From Candidatus Anaeroferrophillacea bacterium (GTDB lineage Bacteria > Desulfobacterota > Anaeroferrophillalia > Anaeroferrophillales > Anaeroferrophillaceae), in NCBI GenBank assembly GCA_016933675.1, contig JAFGAM010000006.1, forward strand, positions 2,220 through 66,219: 64,000 bases of DNA, in the 5' to 3' direction. Position numbers and translations under genes: made by a program. The notes under the pieces were generated by a model that was not told where the DNA came from, searched no databases, and saw nothing but the letters and a program-made list of their open reading frames with translations. The stretch's first letter is position 1. Every line of letters begins with the position of its first letter. Of this stretch, positions 1 through 8,101 are shown piece by piece.

Positions 1-366
1 CCGTGCGGCAGTGGCGGCAGGATCAGGCGTGGCGATCCCATAGACAAAACACCATCACGGCTGGGGAAACCATATAATTTCGGTGTAACCTCCAAACCTT
101 TCTGGTGGAGCTGGGGGCAAGCCAATGTCCCTTATTACTGCATTCATTGCGCTGTGAATGAAATTTTGATGATTGAATGGGGTGGCTGGCCCCTCTGGGT
201 CACGGATTACGATCCGGATCCGAAAAAACCGTGTGCCTGGTGTTTCTATAAGAAACCCGAAGCGATTCCGGAAAGATACTGGACCAGATTGGGCTTTGTC
301 AAGCCGGATAATTTCGATGATCCCCGGAAAGGGGCGCAAAGGCTAATCGACGAGAGAAATCTTTGA
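1..366 (+). CDS. hypothetical Cys-rich protein, 3' part (frame open from the window edge)
   Basis: Frame 1 has no stop from nt 1 to the TGA at 364-366. The stop abuts the lipB ATG (TGAATG). Two CxxC pairs are present (CIHC, CAWC). No family recognised, and a competing antisense ORF lies at 55-339. Confidence 0.3.
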   Translation, partial: PCGSGGRIRRGDPIDKTPSRLGKPYNFGVTSKPFWWSWGQANVPYYCIHCAVNEILMIEWGGWPLWVTDYDPDPKKPCAWCFYKKPEAIPERYWTRLGFVKPDNFDDPRKGAQRLIDERNL

Positions 367-1056
367 ATGAAGCAGCGGCCGGCTGAACAGTTACGTGCAA
401 TGTTACAAAATATATTTATGAATATAGATTTAGGGATAGTGAGCTATGATGAAGGTCTATTTCATCAGCAGCAGATTCATGATGATAGGGTGCGGGGAAT
501 AATTGGCGACACCGTTATTCTGTTGGAGCATGAAGCTGTTATTACCATCGGCATGAGTGGTGGAAAGGAAGATTTACTTGTGCCGGAGGAGGATATCGCC
601 GCAAGAAATATAGATATCCGCAAAGCAGGCAGGGGAGGCAAGCTTACCTGCCATTATCCGGGGCAACTGGTTGTTTATCCGATCATGAATTTCTCTGAAT
701 ATGTCAACGATATTCATGCATTTGTCCACAATCTAGAAGAAGTCATTGTGCGAACTCTGGCTGATTTCGGGGTTGTGGGGGAGAGGAAGTCGGGATTGCG
801 GGGAGTATTTGTAGGAAACAACAAGATTGCGGCTATCGGAATCGGGGTCAGGAAATCGGTGACCATGCATGGTTTTTCAGTCAATATATTTGCCGACAGG
901 AATTTGTATTCTCTGTTCATACCCTGCGGTATTACGGACAATGGCATTGCTTTTCTTGAGTATTGCGTCGAACCGGGAACAAAGCTTACCATGAAAAAAA
1001 TCAAGGAGATGGTTTTGTATCATTTTTCTAACGTTTTCCGCAAGAGTGGCAAGTGA
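367..1056 (+). CDS. lipB: lipoyl(octanoyl) transferase LipB
   Basis: RGGKLTCHYPGQLVVYPI motif, AAIGIGVRK lysine and PCG cysteine typical of LipB. 4-nt overlap with lipA. Confidence 0.9.
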   Translation: MKQRPAEQLRAMLQNIFMNIDLGIVSYDEGLFHQQQIHDDRVRGIIGDTVILLEHEAVITIGMSGGKEDLLVPEEDIAARNIDIRKAGRGGKLTCHYPGQLVVYPIMNFSEYVNDIHAFVHNLEEVIVRTLADFGVVGERKSGLRGVFVGNNKIAAIGIGVRKSVTMHGFSVNIFADRNLYSLFIPCGITDNGIAFLEYCVEPGTKLTMKKIKEMVLYHFSNVFRKSGK

Positions 1057-1928
1057 CTGTTACAAAGCCTGATTGGCTTCGTAAGCGCCTGCCCACCGGA
1101 GAAATAACGCGGAAGATTGAAGCTAATTTATCGCAAAACAGGCTCCATACCATCTGTCAGGAAGGTTGCTGTCCCAACCAGGGAGAATGTTTTGCCAAGG
1201 GCGTTGCTGCTTTTCTCGTTATGGGAAATGTCTGCACCAGAAATTGTAAATTTTGCGCTGTTGCATCCGGCCGGCCGCTGCCTCTCGATTCAGGCGAACC
1301 GGGAAGGCTTGCGGATGAGATACACCGTATGGGCATTCGTTTTGCAGTGGTTACATCCGTTACGAGGGATGATCTTCCGGATGGCGGTGCGAAGCATTTC
1401 GTAAAGGTGATTCATAAAATAAGGAAGAAATGTTCCGGAGTGGGAATCGAGGTCCTGATTCCGGATTTTAAAGGGTTGTACCCAGCAATCAAAAGCGTTG
1501 TCGATGCCGAGCCGGAGGTTATCAATCACAACGTTGAAACGGTGCCGCGACTCTATCCCGAAGTCAGACCGCAAGCCGACTATGAGCAATCCTTGGGAGT
1601 GATTGGAACGGTAAAGAAACTGGATAAAAGTGTGATCGCTAAATCGGGAATAATGCTAGGTTTGGGGGAAACGATGGCGGAGGTCGTAATGGTGATGGCG
1701 GATCTGATCAAGGCAGGATGCGATATCTTGACAATAGGACAATATTTGCGTCCTTCTGAAAACCATTACCCGGTTGCGGAGTACGTAAGGCCGGAGAAGT
1801 TCAACGAATACAGGGAAATCGGCATAAAAATGGGCTTCAAGGATGTGGCCTCAGGACCATTTGTCCGTAGCTCATATAAAGCCGTTGATCACTATATGAG
1901 AGCGGGTAAACATGAAAAGAAAACGTGA
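1053..1928 (+). CDS. lipA: lipoyl synthase LipA (radical SAM)
   Basis: N-terminal CPNQGEC cluster and radical-SAM CTRNCKFC (Cx3Cx2C). C-terminal SSY motif. Confidence 0.95.
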   Translation: MTVTKPDWLRKRLPTGEITRKIEANLSQNRLHTICQEGCCPNQGECFAKGVAAFLVMGNVCTRNCKFCAVASGRPLPLDSGEPGRLADEIHRMGIRFAVVTSVTRDDLPDGGAKHFVKVIHKIRKKCSGVGIEVLIPDFKGLYPAIKSVVDAEPEVINHNVETVPRLYPEVRPQADYEQSLGVIGTVKKLDKSVIAKSGIMLGLGETMAEVVMVMADLIKAGCDILTIGQYLRPSENHYPVAEYVRPEKFNEYREIGIKMGFKDVASGPFVRSSYKAVDHYMRAGKHEKKT

Positions 1929-2057
1929 AGTTGAAATTGTTTATTACAATGTAAAGGGGGTGATAGACCGGGATAAGGAAAATGCTTTATTAAGGAGGAA
2001 AGCGTTATTGTCGGCTTTATTTTTAATATTTAATTAAATAATAAGGAGACTGATATT

Positions 2058-3083
2058 ATGAAGAGAATTTTGGTTGTTCTGCTTGCGACCGCAATACTGC
2101 TGAGTCATTCCGCCAATTTGATGGCAGCGGAAAAGAAGAAAGTTATTAAATGGAAAATGCAGGCGGCCTATCCGTTGGGAACGACGGTGATGATGCATGG
2201 CGTTGAATGGAAAAAGTATATTGAAGAGTTGACGGACGGCCGTTTACAGGTGGAAATTCTTCCACCGGGGGCCATGTGTGCAGTCGGTGATATCGTCACT
2301 TACCTGGAAAAGGGTGTATTTGACTGCGCCGTAAGCTATGGAGGCTACTATACCGGCCTTATTCCGGAAACGGACCTCGAAATTGGTTTGCCGATGGGGC
2401 ATGTGAGTTGGGATGAATATTGGGATGCTTACTGGAACAGAGGGCTCGGCGATATTATCCAGGAAGCCTATGCCGAGCATAATATCATTCAGTACCCCGC
2501 CGCTGCCGGCTGCTACTACCACTTCAATACCAATTTTCCGGTAACAAAGCTGACCGATCTTAAGGGCAAGAAGATTCGGGCTCTCGGCATCTACGGGAAA
2601 TATGTCCAGGTCCTTGGCGGTTCCGCCGTGGTTATTCCTGGCGGCGAGCTTTACATGGCCATGAAACTTGGTACCATAGACGGCGCCATTTATGACGGCT
2701 CCGGCCTCCAGGATGTTAAATTCCACGAAGTGGTCGAGTACTATACCTTTCCGACGGCCGCCCAGATCGCCCTGTCATTCCTGATCAACAAAGATTCCCT
2801 TGCCAAACTGCCGCCGGATTTGAGAAGCGTCGTGGCGCTTGGAACGCGCTTTATACTTGAGGATTCCAGCAACCGCTACATCACCAAGACAAAGGAGTCC
2901 ATGAACAAATCCGTTAACATGGGTTCCGTCACGAAATGCTGGTTGCCGGAAGAGGAACTGGTGAAGGCAAGAAAGCTGGTCGCTCCGCTTTGGGATGAAC
3001 TGGCAGCCAAAAGCCCACGGATGAAAAACGGGATAGATATCCTCAAGCAGCAGATGCGTGATATTGGCAGGCCCATGGACTAG
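2058..3083 (+). CDS. TRAP transporter substrate-binding protein (DctP superfamily, FcbT1/COG4663-like)
   Basis: Signal peptide, then a KWKMQAAYP start typical of this TRAP SBP class. Followed by TRAP small and large permease genes. AGGAG RBS. Confidence 0.85.
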   Translation: MKRILVVLLATAILLSHSANLMAAEKKKVIKWKMQAAYPLGTTVMMHGVEWKKYIEELTDGRLQVEILPPGAMCAVGDIVTYLEKGVFDCAVSYGGYYTGLIPETDLEIGLPMGHVSWDEYWDAYWNRGLGDIIQEAYAEHNIIQYPAAAGCYYHFNTNFPVTKLTDLKGKKIRALGIYGKYVQVLGGSAVVIPGGELYMAMKLGTIDGAIYDGSGLQDVKFHEVVEYYTFPTAAQIALSFLINKDSLAKLPPDLRSVVALGTRFILEDSSNRYITKTKESMNKSVNMGSVTKCWLPEEELVKARKLVAPLWDELAAKSPRMKNGIDILKQQMRDIGRPMD

Positions 3084-3109
3084 ATCAATAATTTTTTAAT
3101 GTGCGAATA

Positions 3110-3144
3110 ATATTGGGTGAGGGCGTTACGCCCTCACCCAATAT
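3110..3144 (+). promoter_or_regulatory. perfect 16-bp stem / 3-nt loop hairpin 27 nt after the SBP stop (intercistronic, no T-tract)
   Basis: ATATTGGGTGAGGGCG-TTA-CGCCCTCACCCAATAT read directly. It lies between the SBP and permease genes. Confidence 0.6.
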
Positions 3145-3148
3145 AGAA

Positions 3149-3258
3149 TAACTCCATCTTTTTCATTGCGCCGCCGGCTGAATCATTTGGCATACTTCTG
3201 TGTACGCCTCATTCTTCATCAGGAAGGCGCCGCGAATTATAAAGCTGTTACGGTGCCG
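3149..3258 (+). repeat. intergenic mosaic repeat, AT-shifted full copy (R1)
   Basis: AACTCCATCTTTTTCATTGCG...GGCATACTTCTGTGTACGCCTCATTCTTCATC...GCGAATT...GTTACGGTGCCG aligns block by block with the copy at 35116-35237. Confidence 0.7.
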
Positions 3259-3347
3259 TCCATTGTCAGCGTATTTTGGCAGTTGTCAGGGTTCCATAAA
3301 CATGATGATGGGAAATAAGGGAAGCATACGGAGGAACGGAGAAAATC

Positions 3348-3866
3348 ATGCAATGGTATGTGCGTGCGATTGATAATGTTAATAGACTGATCGGCAATAT
3401 TTTTTGCTGGCTGATGCTTCCCCTGGTGTGTATTACCACTTTTGAAGTTTTCATGCGTTATGTTATGAAGCGCCCGACGATATGGGCCTGGGACGCAAAC
3501 ATTCAGGTATTCGCCGCCATAATATTTTTGGGGGGCGGGTATGCATTATTGGAAAAGTCTCATGTTATGGTGGACGTTTTTACCATAAATATGACCAAGC
3601 GCCGACTGGCCCTGTTGAATCTCCTTACGTCCGTCTTTTTCTTTTTCGGTATGGGGGTGCTGGTGTTCGGTGGATGGGAGATGTTCAAGATGTCCTGGAA
3701 GGTCAAGGAACACATGCCCACTATATGGGCTCCGCCCTATTACTGGATGAAACTCCTTGTTCCCGTTGGCGCTTTGTTGCTTTTCCTGCAGGGAATATCT
3801 GAATTTATAAAAAATATCTATATTCTTCTTGGCAAGGAAATAGATAGGGAAGGGGGATCGCGATGA
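3348..3866 (+). CDS. TRAP transporter small permease (DctQ-like)
   Basis: 172-aa protein with four hydrophobic helices. ATGA overlap with the large permease. GGAGG-like RBS. Confidence 0.85.
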   Translation: MQWYVRAIDNVNRLIGNIFCWLMLPLVCITTFEVFMRYVMKRPTIWAWDANIQVFAAIIFLGGGYALLEKSHVMVDVFTINMTKRRLALLNLLTSVFFFFGMGVLVFGGWEMFKMSWKVKEHMPTIWAPPYYWMKLLVPVGALLLFLQGISEFIKNIYILLGKEIDREGGSR

Positions 3867-5164
3867 CCAGTGCGGCAATCATCGTCGGTTCGCTGTTAAT
3901 CCTGCTTTTGACCGGGTTGCCTGTAGCCTTTGCCCTGATCGGGCTTAGCGCGATACTCCTTTTGGTATACCTTGGACCGACGGCCCTTTTTATGGTTGTA
4001 TCCGCCTCCTTCAAGCAGGCCCGGACCGAGGTGTTTATCGCGATTCCGCTTTTTGTGTTGATGGCCTCCATTCTCCAGACTTCCGGTATTGCCACCTCTC
4101 TCTACAATACAATGCGGATGTGGACCGGCCGTCTCAAGGGAGGTCTGGCCATCGCGACCACCATTATCAGCGCTCTTCTGGCCGCCATGAGCGGCATAGG
4201 GGCAACCGCAACAGTTACCATGGGACTTATTGCGCTTCCCGAGATGATGGACAAAAAATATAATAAACATATGGTGGTTGGTAGTATTGCTGCTGGTGGA
4301 GCGCTTGGGCCGCTTATTCCTCCCAGCAATCTTATAATCATTGTTGGCGGCTATGCATCCATTTCGGTCGGCAAACTCTTTATGGGAGGGCTTGTGCCGG
4401 GATTGCTGTGCGCGCTGGTTTACAGCGTATACATATGGGTGTGGTGTACGATACATCCAGAATACGGTCCCGCGCTTCCAGAAGAAGAAATGCTCAGTTT
4501 TCGCGAAAAAATAAAGGCCACTCCCGTGGTGATTCCGCCGCTTGGACTTATCGTTCTCGTTCTCGGGGGTATCTACGGCGGCATCTTCACCCCGACGGAA
4601 GCCGCTGGGTTCGGCGCGATAGGAGCTATGGTCATTGCCGCTCTTTATCGCCGGCTGACCATCTCCAGCCTTTTTGATGGGTTGAAGATTTCCTTCAAGG
4701 TAACGGCGATGATCATGTGGCTGGTCATCGGTGGAGGGTGCTACTCAACGCTTATAACCTGTACGGGAACCGCCGGTTTGATAAGCGAGTTCCTGGTAAA
4801 CATACCGTTCGGCGTGACGGGTGTTACTTGGGTGATGTTGACAATCACCCTTATCATGGGCATGTTTATCGATCCTGTGGCCATTACCATGATCTGCGTT
4901 CCGGTTTTCATGCCGGTTATCAAAATGCTGGGGATTGATCCGCTATGGTTCATGCTGTTGTTCAGCATGGCGACAATTATCGGCTATATTACCCCACCAT
5001 TCGGACTCAATATCTTTTATATGAAGGGGGTGACGCCAAGCAATATTACCTTGGTAGATATTTACAAAGGGGTCATTCCATTTTGTATTTTGCAGATCGG
5101 GGTCCTTATTTTGTGTTTTATCTTTCCATGCCTTCTGACCTGGTTGCCCGGTTTCATGAATTGA
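3863..5164 (+). CDS. TRAP transporter large permease (DctM-like)
   Basis: 433-aa polytopic membrane protein with DctM-like composition and length. Translationally coupled to the small permease. Confidence 0.9.
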   Translation: MTSAAIIVGSLLILLLTGLPVAFALIGLSAILLLVYLGPTALFMVVSASFKQARTEVFIAIPLFVLMASILQTSGIATSLYNTMRMWTGRLKGGLAIATTIISALLAAMSGIGATATVTMGLIALPEMMDKKYNKHMVVGSIAAGGALGPLIPPSNLIIIVGGYASISVGKLFMGGLVPGLLCALVYSVYIWVWCTIHPEYGPALPEEEMLSFREKIKATPVVIPPLGLIVLVLGGIYGGIFTPTEAAGFGAIGAMVIAALYRRLTISSLFDGLKISFKVTAMIMWLVIGGGCYSTLITCTGTAGLISEFLVNIPFGVTGVTWVMLTITLIMGMFIDPVAITMICVPVFMPVIKMLGIDPLWFMLLFSMATIIGYITPPFGLNIFYMKGVTPSNITLVDIYKGVIPFCILQIGVLILCFIFPCLLTWLPGFMN

Positions 5165-5175
5165 TATTGACGGCT

Positions 5176-5285
5176 CGTGACAACTCTATTCCGGAGTAGT
5201 TGCGAAGCCGCCTGTCTGCATGCAACTTGCCTGCATGATGGATAACTCTGGTATTTCAAAGCCCTTCGGTATTGTCCCATCCGGG
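5176..5285 (+). repeat. possible degenerate copy of the intergenic repeat
   Basis: CGTGACAACTC...GTTGCG matches the 5' block of the copy at 13592. The remainder is only weakly similar. Confidence 0.3.
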
Positions 5286-5360
5286 AGATGTAGACATAGT
5301 GATCTTTGAGCCAATGGCCACTGCCCAGATCCGCGGTTGCTTATGCAAGGATTTTGAGTT

Positions 5361-5570
5361 TCATTTGATTTGTTTCAGCACCGCTTGATTGGCTTCATCT
5401 ATATCCAGAAAATGTTTTGTTCCTACTGATATCTGCTGCTCCCGAGTGTACAGGATGCCCACATGCCAGGAAGGGGATAGAAATTTTTTCCGGTGAATAA
5501 CCAATTCTGGTTCTGGTACGCTTTGAGCAGTGGGCTGATCCCTCGCGGAGGTTAAGAATCGGATCGGCAT
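5361..5570 (-). CDS. small hypothetical protein at the GC-content junction
   Basis: 69-aa ORF with an AGGGGG sequence 8 nt upstream of the ATG. It overlaps the tcdA 3' end by 19 nt. No family recognised. Confidence 0.2.
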   Translation of the reverse strand: MPIRFLTSARDQPTAQSVPEPELVIHRKKFLSPSWHVGILYTREQQISVGTKHFLDIDEANQAVLKQIK

Positions 5571-6352
5571 GAGGATGCCCCCTGCTCAACCGTACCGGCA
5601 GCGGCCAGCAGCCGGTGTACCACGTACTGTGCCGCCAAAAGGCCGAAGATCGCTGGCAGGAAGACGGCGCTCGGCTGGATACTTCGCCGCCGGCCGCGCT
5701 CCAGCCGCTCCTCGCGCAGGTCGTCGGTAATCGTTTCCGGCGGCGCGGGTTTTTGCGTTACCGGTTCCCGCGAATAGACCACCGGTATCCCGGCGCGGAT
5801 GCCGCGGCGCCCGAGGTGCTTGCGCACCACCCGGCACAGGGGGCAGATATCGGTGTGGCTGATGTCGGCGATTTGGATGTGCTCCGCTCCGAGGCGGCCG
5901 GCGGCGCCCATGGCCGAGATCAGCGGCTGGCCGCGCTGGTGACACCGGGCGATGAGTTCCACCTTGGGGCCGGCACCGTCGATGGCGTCGATCAGGAAAT
6001 CGTAACCATCCGCCAGCAGCCGGTCGGCGGAATCGTGGTGAAAGAACTCCCGCAGCGGCGTTACCCGGAGCGCCGGGTTGATCTCCTTGAGCCGCTCGGC
6101 GCCGGCCTCGACCTTCGGCCGGCCAATGGTGGAGTGCAGGGCAAAAAGCTGGCGGTTCAGGTTGGTGGCGCCGATGTCGTCGAAGTCGATCAGCGTCAGG
6201 GCGCCGATGCCGGTGCGGGCCAGCGCTTCGGTGGCAAATGAGCCTACCGCGCCGAGACCGACGACGGCGACGTGGGCCGCCCCGAGCTGTTCCACCGCTT
6301 CCGGACCCAGCAGCAGGGCCAGCCGCGACAGGCCGGCAGCGACATTGTCCAT
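5552..6352 (-). CDS. tcdA: tRNA threonylcarbamoyladenosine dehydratase (ThiF/E1-like, TcdA/CsdL)
   Basis: LSRLALLLGPEAVEQL...VVGLGAVGSFATEALARTGIGALTLIDFDDIGATNLNRQ. Start moved to the ATG at 6352, which follows AAGGAGGG. Confidence 0.8.
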   Translation of the reverse strand: MDNVAAGLSRLALLLGPEAVEQLGAAHVAVVGLGAVGSFATEALARTGIGALTLIDFDDIGATNLNRQLFALHSTIGRPKVEAGAERLKEINPALRVTPLREFFHHDSADRLLADGYDFLIDAIDGAGPKVELIARCHQRGQPLISAMGAAGRLGAEHIQIADISHTDICPLCRVVRKHLGRRGIRAGIPVVYSREPVTQKPAPPETITDDLREERLERGRRRSIQPSAVFLPAIFGLLAAQYVVHRLLAAAGTVEQGASSCRSDS

Positions 6353-6387
6353 CGTCGTATTTCCCTCCTTAATGGTTGACGGCTTCG

Positions 6388-6547
6388 AACAACGCCATCT
6401 TCTTCGTTGCCTGCCTGTGCGTGCCGCACGCAGACAGGGGCTGCAAGTTGAGCCATTCGATACCATGTATGCCTATCCGCAACTCATGCGCGCTTCGAAT
6501 CTGAGCTTTGTTGGGGCGACCAGCCGGTCGCCCGTTACGTTGCTGCC
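6388..6547 (+). repeat. intergenic mosaic repeat, full copy (R3)
   Basis: CGCCATCTTCTTCGTTGC plus hairpin CCTGCCTGTGCGTGCCGCACGCAGACAGG, then CCATGTATGCCTATCC and CCCGTTACGTTGCTGCC. Confidence 0.75.
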
Positions 6548-6658
6548 ATCATCCCTTGTCGGCGCTTTCCGGCGGTCGGTACGGTTTTGTCATGATGGAC
6601 CTGTAAACGCTCGAACGACGGCAAAGGGTTGAAACAGGCATGTTGGCGAGCTCATCCC

Positions 6659-7435
6659 TTATGAATTGGCCGCAATCCTGAACAGCCGGTTGGCGTTGGT
6701 GGTAGTGACGGCGGCGATCTCCTCCGGTTCCATGCCGCGCAGCGCCGCCAGGGCGGCGGCGATATCCGGCAGATGCCGGGGCTCCAGCAGCGGTTTCGGT
6801 ACCGTGTGGCTGCCGATATAGGGGGCGTCGGTTTCAAGCACCATGCGGTCGGCGGGAACCATCGGCGCGGTGCGGCGGACGCGCCGGGCGTTGGGCCGGG
6901 TGACGCCCCCCCCGAAGGCGATGTAACCGCCCAGATCGAGAAACGCCGCCGCCATCTCCGGGCCGCCGCCGAAGGCGTGCAGGACAAAACGGATGCCGGG
7001 ATGTTGACGCAGGATGTCGAGCAGCGGCTGAAACGCCTTGCGGCAGTGCAGAATCACCGGCAGATCAAATTCCCGGGCGAAGTCGAGCTGGTGTTCCAGC
7101 ACCTCCCGCTGGTGCCGCTGATCGTGGTCCGGACCGGCGTAGTCGAGGCCGATCTCACCCACCGCCCGGGCGCTGCCCGCGGCCAGCAGGGTGCGCAGTC
7201 CGGATGCCGGAAAGGCCGCTCCCGGCTCCAGCCGGCCCGGATGCAGACCGACTGCGGCACAGATTCCCTCGTGCCGCGCCGCCAGTGCCAGTGCCCGGCG
7301 GCTGGATTCCGGGTCGTAGCCCGGTACCATGATGCGGTGGACGCCGTGCTTCCGGGCAGTGGTAAGTACGTCCTCAAGCCGGCCGGCAAGGGGCTCGTCG
7401 GTCAGGTGGCAGTGGGTGTCGAATAGCGCTGGCAT
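6659..7435 (-). CDS. TatD-family metal-dependent hydrolase/DNase
   Basis: MPALFDTHCHL start and an HxH motif, with TatD-like length of 258 aa. Start moved to the ATG at 7435. Confidence 0.85.
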   Translation of the reverse strand: MPALFDTHCHLTDEPLAGRLEDVLTTARKHGVHRIMVPGYDPESSRRALALAARHEGICAAVGLHPGRLEPGAAFPASGLRTLLAAGSARAVGEIGLDYAGPDHDQRHQREVLEHQLDFAREFDLPVILHCRKAFQPLLDILRQHPGIRFVLHAFGGGPEMAAAFLDLGGYIAFGGGVTRPNARRVRRTAPMVPADRMVLETDAPYIGSHTVPKPLLEPRHLPDIAAALAALRGMEPEEIAAVTTTNANRLFRIAANS

Positions 7436-7501
7436 ATCCCGCGCATGCCGCGGCAAGGGCATCCCGGCCGCTGCCCGACGTTCGTAAAACGGTTTTTTTG
7501 C

Positions 7502-7530
7502 TTGACACATGATCGTCGTGAGGGTATGAG
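7502..7530 (+). promoter_or_regulatory. candidate sigma70 promoter for the Rrf2 gene
   Basis: TTGACA-N17-TATGAG, 36 nt upstream of the ATG at 7566. Confidence 0.4.
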
Positions 7531-7565
7531 GTGAGCTAAACAATATTAAAAAGGTCTTGTTAGGA

Positions 7566-8033
7566 ATGAAGCTTACCAGAGCAGCCGATTACGCTATCCG
7601 CGGGATCATATACATGTCCATGAAACCTGCCGGTGCGGTGGTCGTGATCCCCGAAATTGCCCAGCAGATGGGCATCCCGGTGGGGTTCCTCGCCCGCATC
7701 TTTCAGAGTCTCAGCCGCGCCGGCATCGTCGTCTCTCACCGTGGCAAGAAAGGCGGCTATTCTCTCACCCGGGATCCGGCCGAACTCAGCCTCAAGGATG
7801 TCATCGAGGCGGTGGAGGGGACCATCTCCCTGAACATCTGTCTCGACGGTTTCAATGTCTGCGAGCGTATGGCCTATTGTCCCGCCCGCCGTGATCTGGC
7901 CGAAATCCAGCGGGTGCTGGTGGAAAACCTGGAAGCATACGATTTCGCCACCCTCGCCCGAGAGGAGCGCGAAAACCGCCGCGAACATGGTATCCCGCTG
8001 CCGGATGATATTGTTGCCGCCACCGACGAGTGA
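7566..8033 (+). CDS. Rrf2-family transcriptional regulator (probable Fe-S type)
   Basis: MKLTRAADYAIRGIIYM wHTH N-terminus. Three-Cys cluster C-x7-C-x5-C (CLDGFNVCERMAYC). Confidence 0.85.
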   Translation: MKLTRAADYAIRGIIYMSMKPAGAVVVIPEIAQQMGIPVGFLARIFQSLSRAGIVVSHRGKKGGYSLTRDPAELSLKDVIEAVEGTISLNICLDGFNVCERMAYCPARRDLAEIQRVLVENLEAYDFATLAREERENRREHGIPLPDDIVAATDE

Positions 8034-8101
8034 CGGTGTTATCGTGATCATCCCGCCTTTCGTTGAAACCAGGATCACCGCGATCGATCTATCTCTATGT
8101 C

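Noticed and set aside
1-5550. Mobile genetic element or prophage call for the low-GC block.
   Set aside because: No integrase, transposase, tRNA attachment site or flanking direct repeats are visible, and the content is purely metabolic (lipoate synthesis and a TRAP transporter). I report it only as a compositional anomaly.
5552-6466. N-terminal extensions given by the ORF track for tcdA. The same applies to tatD, purE, purH, aroC, aroK, bioB, bioF, argC, ilvN, ybgF, pal, rlmE, the ParA-like gene, STAS, the PP-loop gene, PIN-TRAM and activators 2 and 4.
   Set aside because: The extensions are Arg-rich or low-complexity, often run through the intergenic repeat or the upstream gene, and lack an RBS. 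Internal ATG/GTG codons with GGAGG-type RBS or ATGA coupling reproduce the canonical N-termini of the families.
6480-6510. tRNA-like T-loop string CTTCGAATC.
   Set aside because: There are no flanking T-stem complements and no acceptor or anticodon arms, and it lies inside repeat copy R3. No tRNA was found anywhere in the window by eye.
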